A stretch of 63,990 nt of DNA, the filler included, from Octopus bimaculoides (Eukaryota), in the NCBI RefSeq assembly GCF_001194135.2. It is 6 parts of 6 records of this genome, joined end to end, with 100 filler letters (N's around TTAATTAATTAA, not from the genome) between each part and the next. Parts side by side here need not be neighbours in the genome. Positions count along the whole stretch, not along the records: positions 1 to 15,915 come from NC_068988.1; 5 more parts are not named here. One strand, 5' to 3'. The first letter of the stretch is position 1. Every line of letters begins with the position of its first letter. Positions 1 through 12,904 of this stretch are shown here, in pieces. Position numbers and translations under genes: made by a program. The notes under the pieces are model-generated. The model was not told the origin of the DNA. It was given only the letters and a program-made list of their open reading frames with translations, and made no database searches.

Positions 1-481
1 GTGTGTGTGTGTGTGTATGTTTGTGCGTTTCTTCATGTTTGTTTGTTTCTTCATGTTTGTTTGTCCCTATCCAACAGCTGTGCGTGTGTGTGTGTGTGCA
101 TGTGTGTGTGTGTGTGCATGTGTGTGTGTGTGCGTGTGTGCATGTGTGCGTGCGTGCATGTGTGTGTGTGTGTGTGTGTCTTCATGTATGTTTGTCCCCA
201 TCCAACAGCTGGTGTTGATTTCTTTACATTCTTATAATTTAGCAATTCAGAGAAAATGACAAACAAACTAAGCACTAGACTTAGAAAAACTAAATACCAG
301 AGTCAATTTATTCAACTAAATACTTCAAGATAGTGCCCCAGCATGGCCTTAGTCCAATGACCGAAACAAGTAAAAATAAAATAAAAGATATTCTAAATCC
401 CATCACAAGCAGACTAAATGCTATTTTCCTCTCCTTTCTCCAAGACATTCCATTGATATTGTCTTTTTTGCCTTAATTTAG

Positions 482-605
482 ATGTGAGTGGCCGACGGTG
501 ATAAAAAGACATACAGTGATAGTCAGACTTCTTCATCCAGTCAATATGGGCTGCACCAGTCAAGAAGTTGTCTTTGTGATTTTGGTTGTGGCTTCCAACA
601 GAGAG
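482..605 (+). CDS. SLC4A11: SLC4A11-like transporter, internal exon (CEWPTVIKRHTVIVRLLHPVNMGCTSQEVVFVILVVASNRE)
   Basis: AG at 480-481 after a pyrimidine tract, GT at 606. Peptide matches the SLC4A11 cytoplasmic-domain stretch KRHVCISRL..PQNWG..SCEVRFVILVLAP (recalled). Phase-0 join to the next exon. Confidence 0.85.
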
Positions 606-1654
606 GTGGGTACATGTATTTTGTCACTAATGAAACATTCTAATTTCTTAACACTTGATTTATTAATATCTGAAAATAATGATAATCCTTTCTGCAATAG
701 GTACAAGGCCTGGAATTTTGGGGAGGGGGGGGAGCTAGTTGAGTTGATTACATCAACCCCAGTATGCAACTGGTACCTATTTAATCAGAAGTAAGAAAAG
801 GCAAAGTCAACCTCAGCAGAATTTGAACTCAGAATGTAAAGACAGACCATTTTGCCCAGCATGCTAATGATTTTAGTAGCTAGCCACCTTTGATAATAAT
901 AATAATAATANNNNNNNNNNNNNNNNNNNNNNNNNNNNNNNNNNNNNNNNNNNNNNNNNNNNNNNNNNNNNNNNNNNNNNNNNNNNNNNNNNNNNNNNNN
1001 NNNNNNNNNNNNNNNNNNNNNNNNNNNNNNNNNNNNNNNNNNNNNNNNNNNNNNNNNNNNNNNNNNNNNNNNNNNNNNNNNNNNNNNNNNNNNNNNNNNN
1101 NNNNNNNNNNNNNNNNNNNNNNNNNNNNNNNNNNNNNNNNNNNNNNNNNNNNNNNNNNNNNNNNNNNNNNNNNNNNNNNNNNNNNNNNNNNNNNNNNNNN
1201 NNNNNNNNNNNNNNNNNNNNNNNNNNNNNNNNNNNNNNNNNNNNNNNNNNNNNNNNNNNNNNNNNNNNNNNNNNNNNNNNNNNNNNNNNNNNNNNNNNNN
1301 NNNNNNNNNNNNNNNNNNNNNNNNNNNNNNNNNNNNNNNNNNNNNNNNNNNNNNNNNNNNNNNNNNNNNNNNNNNNNNNNNNNAAACGAGAATACTAAAA
1401 ATGAACCCGACCGCTCTCAAAAATTAAGTAAAAAAACAAGAAAAATAATCCAGAATCCTTGTCCAGTACCAAATTAGTCCTCAAATCTATCAGTTTGTGC
1501 CAGTCACGAGGCCAAACATCTATCGAAGTTTCATCTGAATCCATCCACCAGTTCTTGAGATATCTTGTCCATGGACAAACAAACAAACAAACAAACAAAC
1601 ACAACTGAAAACAATACCTCCGCCTTTGCTAAGACAGAAGTAATAATAATAATA

Positions 1655-1825
1655 CGAGAGTCAGACATAAAGGTTGTCCCTATTGTCATCGGAGCATTGG
1701 GTTCAATACCACCCAATCTGAAAAAACATCTGGAAATTTTAGAAATACCCTACAATCTAGGCATATTGCAAAAATCAGCATTACTTGGAACTGCACACAC
1801 ATTGTGTAAAGTACTGTCTGTCTGA
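1655..1825 (+). mobile_element. R4/Dong-clade (restriction-like endonuclease) retrotransposon C-terminal fragment
   Basis: KVVPIVIGALGSIP..LQKSALLGTAHTLCKVLSV*; begins right after (TAA)n at 1641-1654. Confidence 0.8.
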
Positions 1826-1869
1826 GATCCTTGTTGTAACTTTACAAACAGTACAAACCCCCGGTAGAC

Positions 1870-2120
1870 ACAATATCTTGCGAAGTTAATGTGCAAGTGG
1901 CTGAGGACTCCACAGACACGTGTACTCTTAACGTAGTTCTCAGGGAGATTCAGCATGAGACAGAATATGACAAGGCTGGCCCCTTTTGAATTACAGATGC
2001 AACTCATTTTTGCTGGCTGAATGGACTGGAACATCATGAAGTAAAGTGTCTTGCTCAAGGACACAACACACCACTGGGAGTCAAATTCATGACTTTATGA
2101 TCATGAGTCGAATATCCCAA
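1870..2120 (-). mobile_element. SINE sharing the body of the third family, with a different tRNA-like head
   Basis: Reverse complement matches CTGTAATTCAAAGGG.CAGCCTTGTC..GAGAACTACGTTAAG.GTACACGTG; head GTGTTGTGTCCTTGAGCAAGACACTTTAC. Confidence 0.7.
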
Positions 2121-3290
2121 CTTATAATATAGAGATCATCATCATCATCGCCGTCGTTGTCATCATCATCATCATTATTATTGATCGAGAGAGCTGTGCA
2201 TGCCATCAAAATCATTTTGCTCGGCTTGTTGGGTCTTTTTCTCAAGCATGACATAAAGCCAAATGTAGATTTTTAAAAGCAAAAATAAGTATTGGCCACA
2301 GTCTTATGACTGAAACAAGTAAAAGACAGAAGATAAAGGATCAGTTGAAAACCGGTCATAAACATTGCCTTACATGCAATATTACTGTCTTCAATTTACA
2401 CGGCTGTAAACTTGAAACATTCAGTAGGTGATTGATGGAAAGGATATTAAGCAATAAGATAATATTAGAAAAAAATAGTTCAGAAAAAAAGATATAGAAA
2501 TTTCCAGAACAATTCAATCAATTGGTAGCTTGAATAAACTATTAAATTAAAAAGTAAGTAAATAAAGAAAATCTCTAAACCGTCTTTCAGTAATGGTCTC
2601 CATAAAAAACACAAAATAAAATGGCTGCTCTTGTTAAAATTCTAAACTATTGCTTGATAAAAGTAAAGACACTGGCATAAGGTTGGTTACAGCTGTTAGC
2701 AAAAAAAAATGTGTGCGTATATATACATGTATATATATNNNNNNNNNNNNNNNNNNNNNNNNNNNNNNNNNNNNNNNNNNNNNNNNNNNNNNNNNNNNNN
2801 NNNNNNNNNNNNNNNNNNNNNNNNNNNNNNNNNNNNNNNNNNNNNNNNNNNNNNNNNNNNNNNNNNNNNNNNNNNNNNNNNNNNNNNNNNNNNNNNNNNN
2901 NNNNNNNNNNNNNNNNNNNNNNNNNNNNNNNNNNNNNNNNNNNNNNNNNNNNNNNNNNNNNNNNNNNNNNNNNNNNNNNNNNNNNNNNNNNNNNNNNNNN
3001 NNNNNNNNNNNNNNNNNNNNNNNNNNNNNNNNNNNNNNNNNNNNNNNNNNNNNNNNNNNNNNNNNNNNNNNNNNNNNNNNNNNNNNNNNNNNNNNNNNNN
3101 NNNNNNNNNNNNNNNNNNNNNNNNNNNNNNNNNNNNNNNNNNNNNNNNNNNNNNNNNNNNNNNNNNNNNNNNNNNNNNNNNNNNNNNNNNNNNNNNNNNN
3201 NNNNNNNNNNNNNNNNNNNNNNNNNNNNNNNNNNNNNNNNNNNNNNNNNNNNNNNNNNNNNNNNNNNNNNNNNNNNNNNNNNNNNNNNNN

Positions 3291-3519
3291 GGCACATAAA
3301 AGACACCATTTCGAGCGTGGCCGTTTTCGTGCGGGTGACACGTAAAAGCACCCACTACATTCTCTGAGTGGTTGGCGTTAGGAAGGGCATCCAGCTGTAG
3401 AAACTCTGCCAAATTAGATTGGAGCCTGGTGTTGCCATCCCGTTTCACCAGTCCTCAGTCAAATCGTCCAGCCCATGCTAGCATGGAAAGCGGACGTTAA
3501 ACGATGATGATGATGATGA

Positions 3520-3522
<3 letters not shown>
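3291..3522 (+). mobile_element. RTE-associated 3' tail repeat ending in (GAT)n
   Basis: ...GGAAGGGCATCCAGCTGTAGAAAC..CCCATGCTAGCATGGAAAGCGGACGTTAAACGATGATG; multi-copy in the window. Confidence 0.75.
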
Positions 3523-3562
<40 letters not shown>

Positions 3563-4689
3563 CACACACACACATACACATACATGTATGTATGTATTTG
3601 TATCTATGTATGTATATATAGGTTAAAAACACAAAAGTAACACATACGAAGAGTTTGTATTGCCAAAAAGGATCAAGCAATGTGTGCCAATTAAATATAT
3701 TAACATATTCTTTCAGTTAATATAATTATGGAACTATGACGTGCAAACATGGCTGAATGGTTAAGCAGTTTTCTTCCCAACTACATGTGTTCAGGTTCAG
3801 TCCCGCTGTTTTGCAACTTGACCAAGTGTCTGTCTTCTACTATATTCCCAAGTCAACCAGAGCCTCTTGAGTGGGTTTGGTAGATGGAAACTGAAAGAAG
3901 CCCATCATATATATCCGACACTTCATCATTATCATCTTCTCTCGTTTTTCCCCCAGGGTAGCCAGGCATTTCCTCTACAGCAAGGTACCTGTTCGTGTCC
4001 CCTCTGTCATATTTTAACCAATCATCACCTGATAGAAAAACACCTCCCTCGATGTTACACCCATTTCAATCGAGGGATGCTACTAGTGATGGACTTAATA
4101 GTGCTGGTGACATGAAAAGGGACCCAAGACACCCTGTAACATGGTTAGCATTAGGAAGGACCCCAAATCCATAGAAACCATACCAAACCAGACACTGGAG
4201 CACAATGCAGTCCCCTGGACTTGTTGAATTCTGTGGTGGTGGTGGTGGTAGTGGTGGTAGTAGTGTTGGTGGTTGTCGTGGTGCTGGTTGAGGTGGTAGT
4301 CATCGCTGTGGTAGTTGTAGTAGTGACAGTGGAGTTGATGATGGTGATGGTAATGATGATGATGATGATGATGATGATGACTATGATGATGAGTACACTC
4401 TGGTGCCATGTTATTAAGAAATCATAAACCAAGCTTCCAAAATTAACCCAAAACTTCTCTTTCTTCGGGGAATTTTATGCAACCCTACCGTGCTCTGCAG
4501 TCACACTTAGATTGGCAAACATGGTAACAACTGTGTGAAATAAATAATTTATCATCATCATCATCATCATCAAATACAACATCATCATCATCATCATTAC
4601 CATAACATCATCCTCCTCCTCATCATCATCATTTTCCCTGGGGTTTCATCATCATTTTCCCTAGGTGTTTAAAATAAGCAAAGACTTCA

Positions 4690-5075
4690 TCATCATCATC
4701 ATTTAAGGTCCGTTTTCCATGCTGGCATGGGTTGGACGATTTGACTGGGGATTGGTAAGCCAGGAGGCCGCACCAGGCTCCAATCTGATCTGGCAATGCT
4801 TCTACAGCTGGATGCCCTTCCTAACACCAACCACTCCAAGAGTGTAATGGGTGCTTCTTATGTGCCACCAGCACAGGAGCCAGTCAGGTGGCACTGGCAT
4901 CGGCTACATTTGGATGGTGCTTTTTACATGCTACCGGCACAGGAGCCAGTCAGAGCAGACGGGGCTGGCATCGACTACATTTGAATGGTGCTTTTTACAT
5001 ACCACGGGCATGGGGATCCAGTCAGGTGGCATTGGCAACAACCCACGCATGAATGGTGCTTATTGCATGCCACCA
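4690..5075 (-). mobile_element. Older RTE-tail repeat copy with about 3.5 internal ~68-bp tandem units
   Basis: GTGCTTTTTA..TGCCACC.GCACAGGAGCCAGTCAG unit repeated over 4850-5075. Confidence 0.7.
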
Positions 5076-5425
5076 GCACAAGAGTTGCATTTTTGCATTT
5101 GTTTTCTAGGGTTTGTCTTATTTTTTTTCTTTCACACCTATCTTTTTTGTCCTTCTATATTGTACTTGACCCAAGTACTTGTATTAGGTTAACAAGTTCT
5201 GTAAGTTTGTCAGCAGAGATTCATATTAGTACAATCCTATACAACTTAGGGCAAAAAACAGGTTTTTTGTTGTCTGTTGAACTCCCTGTGGTGTATTGAC
5301 TGAATAAACTAACAAAGGATTTTTTTTAATATGGTAAAATATGCAGTATACAAAAGCAAGGTGATCTAAATTAATGTCACCCAAAATACACACATGTACA
5401 TACATAGATACATACATACATACAT

Positions 5426-5490
<65 letters not shown>

Positions 5491-5761
5491 TACATATACA
5501 CATGCATGCATGCACACATACACACACACACATATATATATACGTACATACATATACATATATATATAAATAAGGATAAGATCGTTATTTAAAATACCAA
5601 TCATATCAGGTGGCTAGCATGGGAATAAAAAGCTCATAGGTAATAATTAATAAAATTATAATTAAGGGTATCTAAGAGATACCACCATGCTAGATATAGC
5701 AGCCAAAACTTGACTCTAAAGCCACATTAAATGTATATACATAATACATATNNNNNNNNNN

Positions 5762-5797
<36 letters not shown>

Positions 5798-5800
<3 letters not shown>

Positions 5801-5864
5801 CCGAAATGTTGTGTTAACAACAAACAAGATGAGGACAAATAATTGTAAATAATGTAAATAATGT
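5798..5864 (+). mobile_element. Family A tail fragment (3' half of hammerhead) in SLC4A11 intron
   Basis: CCGAAATGTTGTGTTAACAACAAACAAGATGAGGACAAAT..GTAAATAATGTAAATAATGT matches 62150-62220. Confidence 0.7.
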
Positions 5865-6084
5865 GAATGGATTAATGTTAGAAATATCTAGTTCATACTA
5901 AGATGGAAAAATGGATATATATACAGTACAAGCATGGCTGCATGATTAAGAAGTTCAGTTTGCAACCATGTAGTTTCAGGTTCAGTACCACTGCACAGCA
6001 CCTTGGACAAGTATCTTCTACTATATAGCCCAGGGCCAACTAAAACCCTGTCAATGGATTTGGTCGATAGAAACTATGTGGAAA

Positions 6085-6315
6085 TGGTGGCGAGCTGGCA
6101 GAAATGTTAGCACGCAGGGCGAAATGCTTAGTGGTATTTCGTCTGCCATTACATTCTGAGTTCAAATTCCACCGAGATCAACTTTGTCTTTCATCCTTTC
6201 GGGTCGATAAATTAAGTACCAGTTACGCACTGGGGTCGATGTAACCGACTTAATCCCTTTGTCTGTCCTTGTTTGTCCCCTTTATGTTTAGCCCCTTGTG
6301 GGCAATGAAGAAATA
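6085..6315 (+). mobile_element. tRNA-derived SINE (GGCGAGCTGGCAGAA..GAGTTCAAATTCC family) nested in another SINE
   Basis: A/B boxes; 16-bp TSD AGAAACTATGTGGAAA at 6069-6084 and 6316-6331. Confidence 0.9.
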
Positions 6316-6685
6316 AGAAACTATGTGGAAACCTAGCATATATCTGTGTGTGTGTGTGTGTGTGTCATTGTGTATTGTGTTTTGTTTCCACTTCTTGACA
6401 ACCGGTGTTTGTTTGTTGATGTCCTCATAACTTAGCAGTTTGGCAAAGGGGATCTAATAGACTATGTACCAAGCTTAAATAAGTTCTGTGGTCAATTTGT
6501 TCAACTAAACCCCAGCACGACCACAAGTGGAAAAGATGGATGGATGAAGAATTAAAGTAATTTTCTTTCAAAGTAATTCACTTACCCTCAATATGTCTTA
6601 TCTTTTCTCAATTAACAATGCTTTCTCCTTGTTTCTTCTTGAAATATTTCATTAGAAAATGTTTCTAATTGTATTTTATTTAAAG

Positions 6686-6892
6686 AAAAGTACGAAATCT
6701 GTAGTGGAAACTGCACGTACATTTTGTACCTTGTTTGCTGATATGGACTGCCGATGTCGCCTGCTTGAAGCTAAGAATGATGAAGATTTCCGGAATATCT
6801 TGAAAGAAGAAACACGTATGCTGTTTAGTAAGTTCATCAGAAACTCAAAAATGACCCTGAAAACTTGCTTAACAAAAACTGAACCAGAAAAG
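6686..6892 (+). CDS. SLC4A11: SLC4A11-like exon (KSTKSVVETARTFCTLFADMDCRCRLLEAKNDEDFRNILKEETRML...TEPEK)
   Basis: TAAAG acceptor, AG|GTAAG donor, 207 nt. Matches the SLC4A11 KSTK..ME.ARTFATMFSD..FRQKLLE motif. Confidence 0.92.
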
Positions 6893-7819
6893 GTAAGAAT
6901 AGGTAAAAGTATTTTTAAATATAAAAGCACAGACATAGCTGTGTGGTTAAGAAGCTCACTTTGCGATGATCATGTGGTTTCGAGTTCAGTCCCACTATAT
7001 GGCACCTTGTGGGTATGTGTATCTTCTACTTTGGCCCTGGGTTGACCAATGCCTTGTGAGAGAATTTAATAGACAGAAATTGTGTGGAAGCCCAACATAT
7101 ATAATGTATGTATGTATGTATGTATGTATGTGTCTGTATCTTTGTTTGTCACACTCCACCTTCCACTTGACAAACTGTGTTGGTTTATTCCTGTTTGAGT
7201 GAGTTAGCAGTTCAGCAAAAAAGACCAATAAAATAAGTACCAAACTTTAAAAAAAAAACAAATATTGGGGTCAATTTGTCCAATTAAACCCTTCAAAGCA
7301 GGCCCCAGATGAACCTTACAAATCTGGAACTCACTACCCAGCAGCTTCAATGGTTTCTGATGGCAATTTGAATCTGGCAGTCATTACTTTGCACATTGAC
7401 CTTTTGACCGCCTGTAGTACCGCATAATGTGTAATCACCAATGTCCACCACAGCTGACTTATGATACTTGTTGCTGCTATGTGACTGGACTCTCTCATCA
7501 CTTCAAGGAATGAAGATTCAGCAAGACACAGCTAAGACAAAACAGCTATCACCTTATGACCGAATCATGCAGGGTCAAGGCTGAAGATTTCCAGTAGTAC
7601 TGTCTGCTTGTCCCTATCATCCCTTTCCCTATTGCCTCTGGACTTATGAAGAAAGTATGATGATGTTGGTGCTGGTATCTTGGTTTATAGAACAACCAAC
7701 ATGATGGATAATTATTATAAGTGGACAAGGTTTGTGCAGAGACAGTCTCACTCTCATGTCCTTCAAACTTGTATTGGTCTGGTACAAGTGCCAAGCCCAG
7801 TCTATATCAAAGATGCAGG

Positions 7820-8170
7820 ATTCTTATGGAGTTCCAGTAGCAACCCTCTCCAGCCAGAGATCGACCACAGTCACCAGCAGCTTTATATAGCCATCCGAAT
7901 TGAGCTTAAGTCCCTGTTCAAAGATGTGAGGATGAATTCTGGTGTGCAGACACAGCCAAAATGCCTGCTGTGTCCCTTCAAGCTGGCCACACCTTTGTGG
8001 TCCCTATTGCAGCTGTCCACGTATGTCGTTCATCCTTTACAATGTTCACAGAGCATTGAACAACAGTCATGGTGTCAGCATTTTCATACCCAGCACAAAT
8101 CATAATGATACAGGAACGTCTTTCCCAATATTCAGATGGCTTTTGGCACGACTTCCCAGTCCTCCATGTC
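7820..8170 (-). mobile_element. Tc1/mariner (DD37D/maT-like) transposase relic
   Basis: Minus-strand remnants KPSEYWERRSCIIMICAG and PHIFEQGLKLNSDGYIKLLVTVVDLWLERVATGTP, with frameshifts and a deletion between them. Confidence 0.65.
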
Positions 8171-9048
8171 TACTAACTTATTCTCAACTCCAACTTTAAT
8201 CTTTATGCTCTCCAACAGCATTGGCTGTTCACCAATACATCAAGCTGTTCCTGCAAAAAGAAAAGGAAACATAAAACATTGTCAAATTTAGCCGACACCT
8301 TGTATGCCACTGTTATTATTGTTTTGTAATCAAACTCCAGGTAAACTTTGATCAAGCTCACACATGATAAAAGGCCTTCTTACAGACTCTGACATCAACC
8401 ATAAATGTTGCTCTCAATTTTCCAAGTCATTAAAAAAAAAATAGTAAAAACAACAAACAAACTTCTTTCTCAGAGCTAATATTGAATTACTTTTATGACA
8501 GTAACCATTTAAAAGTGACATGACCACCACCGAGTAAGATCAAGTAATCACATAATATTTTATCAAGAATTACTATTATGATGGCTTGTTGTCATTATCA
8601 TCTTTCAAGAGGATCAATGAACAAGTGGATAAGATATTGATAGTTGACTAGTAAGGATATGATACTGCCTTCAATACCCACTACTGTCTACAAAGTTGAT
8701 TGTCCTGTCTTTCAGCTCAGACATTTCTGTACCTGGGAATCTAGGAATACATTATTCAAAATGTCCTTTAATTTTTTTTTTTTGTTTTTTTCTGTAAGAT
8801 GGTTGGAAGTGATTTGAAGATTTGGTTGCTATTTTTAGTATATCCAGTTACCACATAGAGAAGCCCTCATTGTCCTTTCATCTTTTTTCCTTTTTTTTTT
8901 TTTTTGTAAAATGGTAGGAAATAATGATTTGAAGAAGATTTAGCTGCTATTTCTTATAGGTCCAGTAATAATATAGAGATGCCCTTATTGGCTTGACGGG
9001 GATAGATGGGTGAAGATTAACAGGGTTTTAATATGGTTTCCTTTTTAA

Positions 9049-9377
9049 CCCTTTTATAACCATATTTCTGTCAAAATACGAAATAAACTACCTTTGTTTC
9101 AATTAATTTGGGAAATTATGGAGATTAAGTAAATATAAAAAAATTCAATAAATAAATTCTATACACCTTTTTCCTTATAATTCCTTAAGATCAAATACAA
9201 ATTTCTAATCCCACCAAATATCATGATGTAACCATTAAGGGACCCATATGTGTTATTAAAATAACTTTTGTTGTTATTAAAAGTTAGTGTTTAGAATGTA
9301 ATAAAGAATTTGTATAATAGAGGGAATTTGTATAATAGAGTGAGGGGCCAACATCAGATAGGTTGGTATCAAAAGGG
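9049..9377. mobile_element. piggyBac-type MITE
   Basis: TTAA|CCCTTTT..ACCA ... TGGTATCAAAAGGG|TTAA: TTAA target duplication (9045-48, 9378-81) with CCC/GGG termini. Confidence 0.75.
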
Positions 9378-9689
9378 TTAATGAATTTTGCAAATCAGAT
9401 TGAATAGGAAAGGAATTATACTTTACAATTCAATGTAAGCATGATCTCAGTGTTGTCATCATTGTTGCCATCATCATCATCATCATGATCACTATCACCA
9501 TGATTTTAACATTATTACAATTATCATTATCACTTCATCACAATTATCATATCATCTTCATTAGCACCACCATTAACAAGAGTAAAGTTCCTACATGGTC
9601 ACTCAACCAGTTAGAAACAGCAGCCAATTGTCCCTCAAATTACATTTCACCATCAGGAAAAGAACAGAAAATTATTATATAATAGATAG

Positions 9690-10515
9690 TGTAGTCCTAG
9701 ATGTAAAATGCCCTAGAGAAGATCAAAATGGGATGGTCATAATTGGAACGTCTATAATCATAAGTCTGCTGGATCATACATAGATGACCTGGGATTAAAC
9801 ATCAAAAAGGAAAAACACATTAGATACACTTTGTCTGAATAAAAGGTGGGATGGTCATAGCTGGAACGTCTTTGATCATAGGTATGCTGGATCATAGCTT
9901 ACCTGGGATTAAACAAGAACAAGGAGTGAACATTAGATTATGTACTTCAAGATACACTTTGTCTGAATTAAAGATGGGATGGTCATAACTGGAACATTTT
10001 GGATCACAAGTGTGCTGGATCAGGGCTAATCTTGGACTAAGCAGGAGTGCTTGCCAACCACATGGTTCAGGGTTCAATCAGACTGCGTGGCATCTTGGGC
10101 AAATGTCTTCTACTATAGCCCCGGGTCGACCAAAGCCTTGTGAGTGGATTTCGTAGATGGAAACTGAAAAAAGCATATCGTGTGTGTGTGTGTGTGTGTC
10201 TGTGTCTGTCTCCACACCAGCGCTTGACAACCGATGTTGGTGTGTTTACATCCCCCTGTAACTTAGTGGTTTGGCAAAAGAGACAGATATGTTAAGTACT
10301 AGGCTTACAAAGAATAAGTCCTGGGGTCAATTTGTTCAACTAAAGTCAGTGCTCCAGCATGGCCATAGTCAAATGACAGAAACAAATAAAAGAATCAAAG
10401 AATAACAGAATAAGCAACAATAAAGGTGAACACATTGGACAATATAGTCCTAGATACACTTTGTCTGAATAAAAAGCTGGGAGATAGTCATAGCTAAAGC
10501 ATCTTTAATCATAAC
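9690..10515. repeat. ~130-bp tandem unit (GATACACTTTGTCTGAAT..GGGATGGTCATA) about x3.5, interrupted by a SINE
   Basis: Units near 9700, 9825 and 9950, resuming near 10455 after the SINE. Confidence 0.75.
10045..10395 (+). mobile_element. Second SINE family (GGTTCAGTCCCACTG..GGGCAAGTGTCTTCTACTATAGCC..(GT)n..CAGCATGGCC..GAAACAA)
   Basis: tRNA-like head and internal (GT)n. Related copies near 3745-3905, 5930-6530, 6935-7300, 10770-11170, 21820-22020, 34640-34820, 35400-35545(-), 51895-52005(-), 53470-53640. Confidence 0.85.
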
Positions 10516-10596
10516 TCAGTTCAGTCAAGACGGACCTTCACCTCACCACCACAACCACCACCACCAGCAACAACAATAACTACTACTATAGCTATA

Positions 10597-10636
<40 letters not shown>

Positions 10637-11254
10637 TCACTGTTGCTACTACTGCTGCTCCTTGATAATACTCTCTAAGTACTTAAAAGACAGATAAAAA
10701 CTTAAGATATGTTACTTTTGTAACTGATAGGTAAATTGCTTACAGTATTATGGGATTATTACAGGTAGACGTGTGGCTGTGTAGTTAAGAAGTTCACTTC
10801 CCAGCCAAATGGTTCCAGGTTCAGTCCCACTGCATGAAATGTTGGGCAAATTTTTTTTTTTCCTGCTATAATCCCAGACTGACTAAAGACTTGCAAGTGA
10901 ATTTGGTAGAAGACTCAAAGAAGCCTGTTTTTGTGTGTGTGTGTGTGTGTGTGTCTATAAGTGTATATGCATGTGTATGTTAATGTTTGTCCCCTGTCAC
11001 CACCACCTGACAACCGGTGTTGGTTTGTTTGTGTCCCTGTAACTTGGCAGTTGGGCAAAAGAAATCGACGGAGTAAGTGCCACACTTTAAATAAGTAATG
11101 GGGGTTGATTTGTTTGAATAAAATCCTTCAAGGCGGTGCCCCAGCACTGAAACAAGTAAAAGATAAAAGGTAAAGATATGACAAACAATAAAAGAAAACA
11201 CAAATAAATAAATAAATGAATAAATAAATAAATGAATAACAAAATTTATTTCAG

Positions 11255-11339
11255 GATGAGAAGAAATATGCAATTTGTCAAGGAATTAAAGAGGATTTGA
11301 AGCGCCGGCTCAAACATTATATGTCTGATTACAAGGATG
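11255..11339 (+). CDS. SLC4A11: SLC4A11-like exon (DEKKYAICQGIKEDLKRRLKHYMSDYKDG)
   Basis: TTTCAG acceptor, G|GTAAG donor, 85 nt (phase 0 to 1). Matches the SLC4 G.G...D..RR...Y..D..DG motif. Confidence 0.9.
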
Positions 11340-11880
11340 GTAAGAATCCCTTTGTGATTTTTTTTAGTAAATAATTATAGTTTATGGATGCAGGTTTCAT
11401 TACACTGGGGTTAATAAGTTTGCTTTATAACCCCGTGGTATCCAGGGGTTTCGTCTCACTGTATAACAACATCAGGTGCTGCTAGAGATTTGTGAGTGAA
11501 ATTTGGTACCTAAAAAAAACTGTGCTGCAAGCCCACCCAGTGGATGTATGTGTAGATGTGTGTGTGTGTGTGTGTGTGCATACATGTTTATATGTGTGTT
11601 TGTATATATGTATACATATATGTGTGTGCATACATATTTATATGTATATATGCATATATGTGCGTGTGTGTGTGTGTGTAAGTGGGAGTGCTGAGCTCCC
11701 TGTTCAAAAATATAAGAACACAGATAGTGTGTCATATAGCCAGCTACAAACGATGTTTCTTGGGACTAAAACAACAGTAACATCATCCCTTTCAGGACAG
11801 CCACAGTATGTTGGCAAATAGCCTTTACTTTAAACTGTTACTGAATGTCTCTCTTTGCGAGATTTAGAAATGATAATATT

Positions 11881-11913
<33 letters not shown>

Positions 11914-11932
11914 GTACATAAATATTAAATAA

Positions 11933-12008
<76 letters not shown>

Positions 12009-12010
12009 TA

Positions 12011-12904
12011 TATGAGTGACATCAAAAGGTTCCCAGACAAGCTATGTTAAATAAAAGCTAACTTATTTACCTATGTTTTAACATCATCTCCTACAAAATA
12101 GTCACCTTGTGCAGTAATACACCAATCCCAGTGTTCCTGTTACATTTGGAGTTTGGCCTGGAAGTCATTTCCATTAAGCAAGTTGAGAACCTTCTGCAAT
12201 TCACTCTGGATCTCAACAATGGTGTTAAAATGGTGACCTTTGAGCTGTTTTTTCAGCTTGGGGAAGAGATGCTAAATCTGGGGAACATCTTGAAGAACAG
12301 ATGCTAAATCTAGTGAAGCAGGTAAATGCAGAAGCAATACCATGTTGTTTTTGACAAGAAAGTCATGAGTGAGGAAAGCTTGGTGACAGGCAGCATTACC
12401 ATCATGACGAACCCAATTCTTCACACTCCACAGATCCAGTCATTTTCGCTGAATGTCCTCCAATGATCCTCATGGACAAGCTGATGAATTTTCTCCATAT
12501 TTCTCGGGATGACACTCATGGTAGGTCTTCCAGATTGCTCATCGTCTTTCAGGGACTTTCTTCCACTTTTGAAGCACCTGTGCCATGAGAAACATTACAT
12601 ATAACCCATTGCTTCTTCGCCGTAAGCTTGCCGAAGCATGCTCAATGTCTTTGTAGCAGACTTCCCAAGTTTAACACAAAATTTCATGTTGGCTCTTTGT
12701 TCCTGTCCATGACAAAATTGCAGAGTACAGCATACATGCGATCACAAAGACACTAATTTCACAACTTATGAAGTAAACACAGCGATGCCACTCAACACAC
12801 TTCCTCATGAAGGTCACTGCTACTGCTCACAGTGCATAAAACTGTGTGCTGCCATCAGTTGATGTGCTACACGACTAGTCTGAAACTTTTTATACCACCT
12901 TGTA
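12011..12904 (-). mobile_element. Internally deleted mariner transposon relic
   Basis: Minus-strand peptide remnants RHDGNAACH..LLHLPASLDLA..FPKLKKQLKGHHF..EIQSELQKVL..HWDWCITAQGDYFVGD (mariner DD34D C-terminus). Imperfect ~30-bp TIRs at both ends. Confidence 0.8.

Noticed and set aside
1-275. [12 protein letters not shown], poly-L/E/D/K ORFs here and throughout the track
   Set aside because: Translations of (GT)n, (AT)n and trinucleotide microsatellites; no coding signal.
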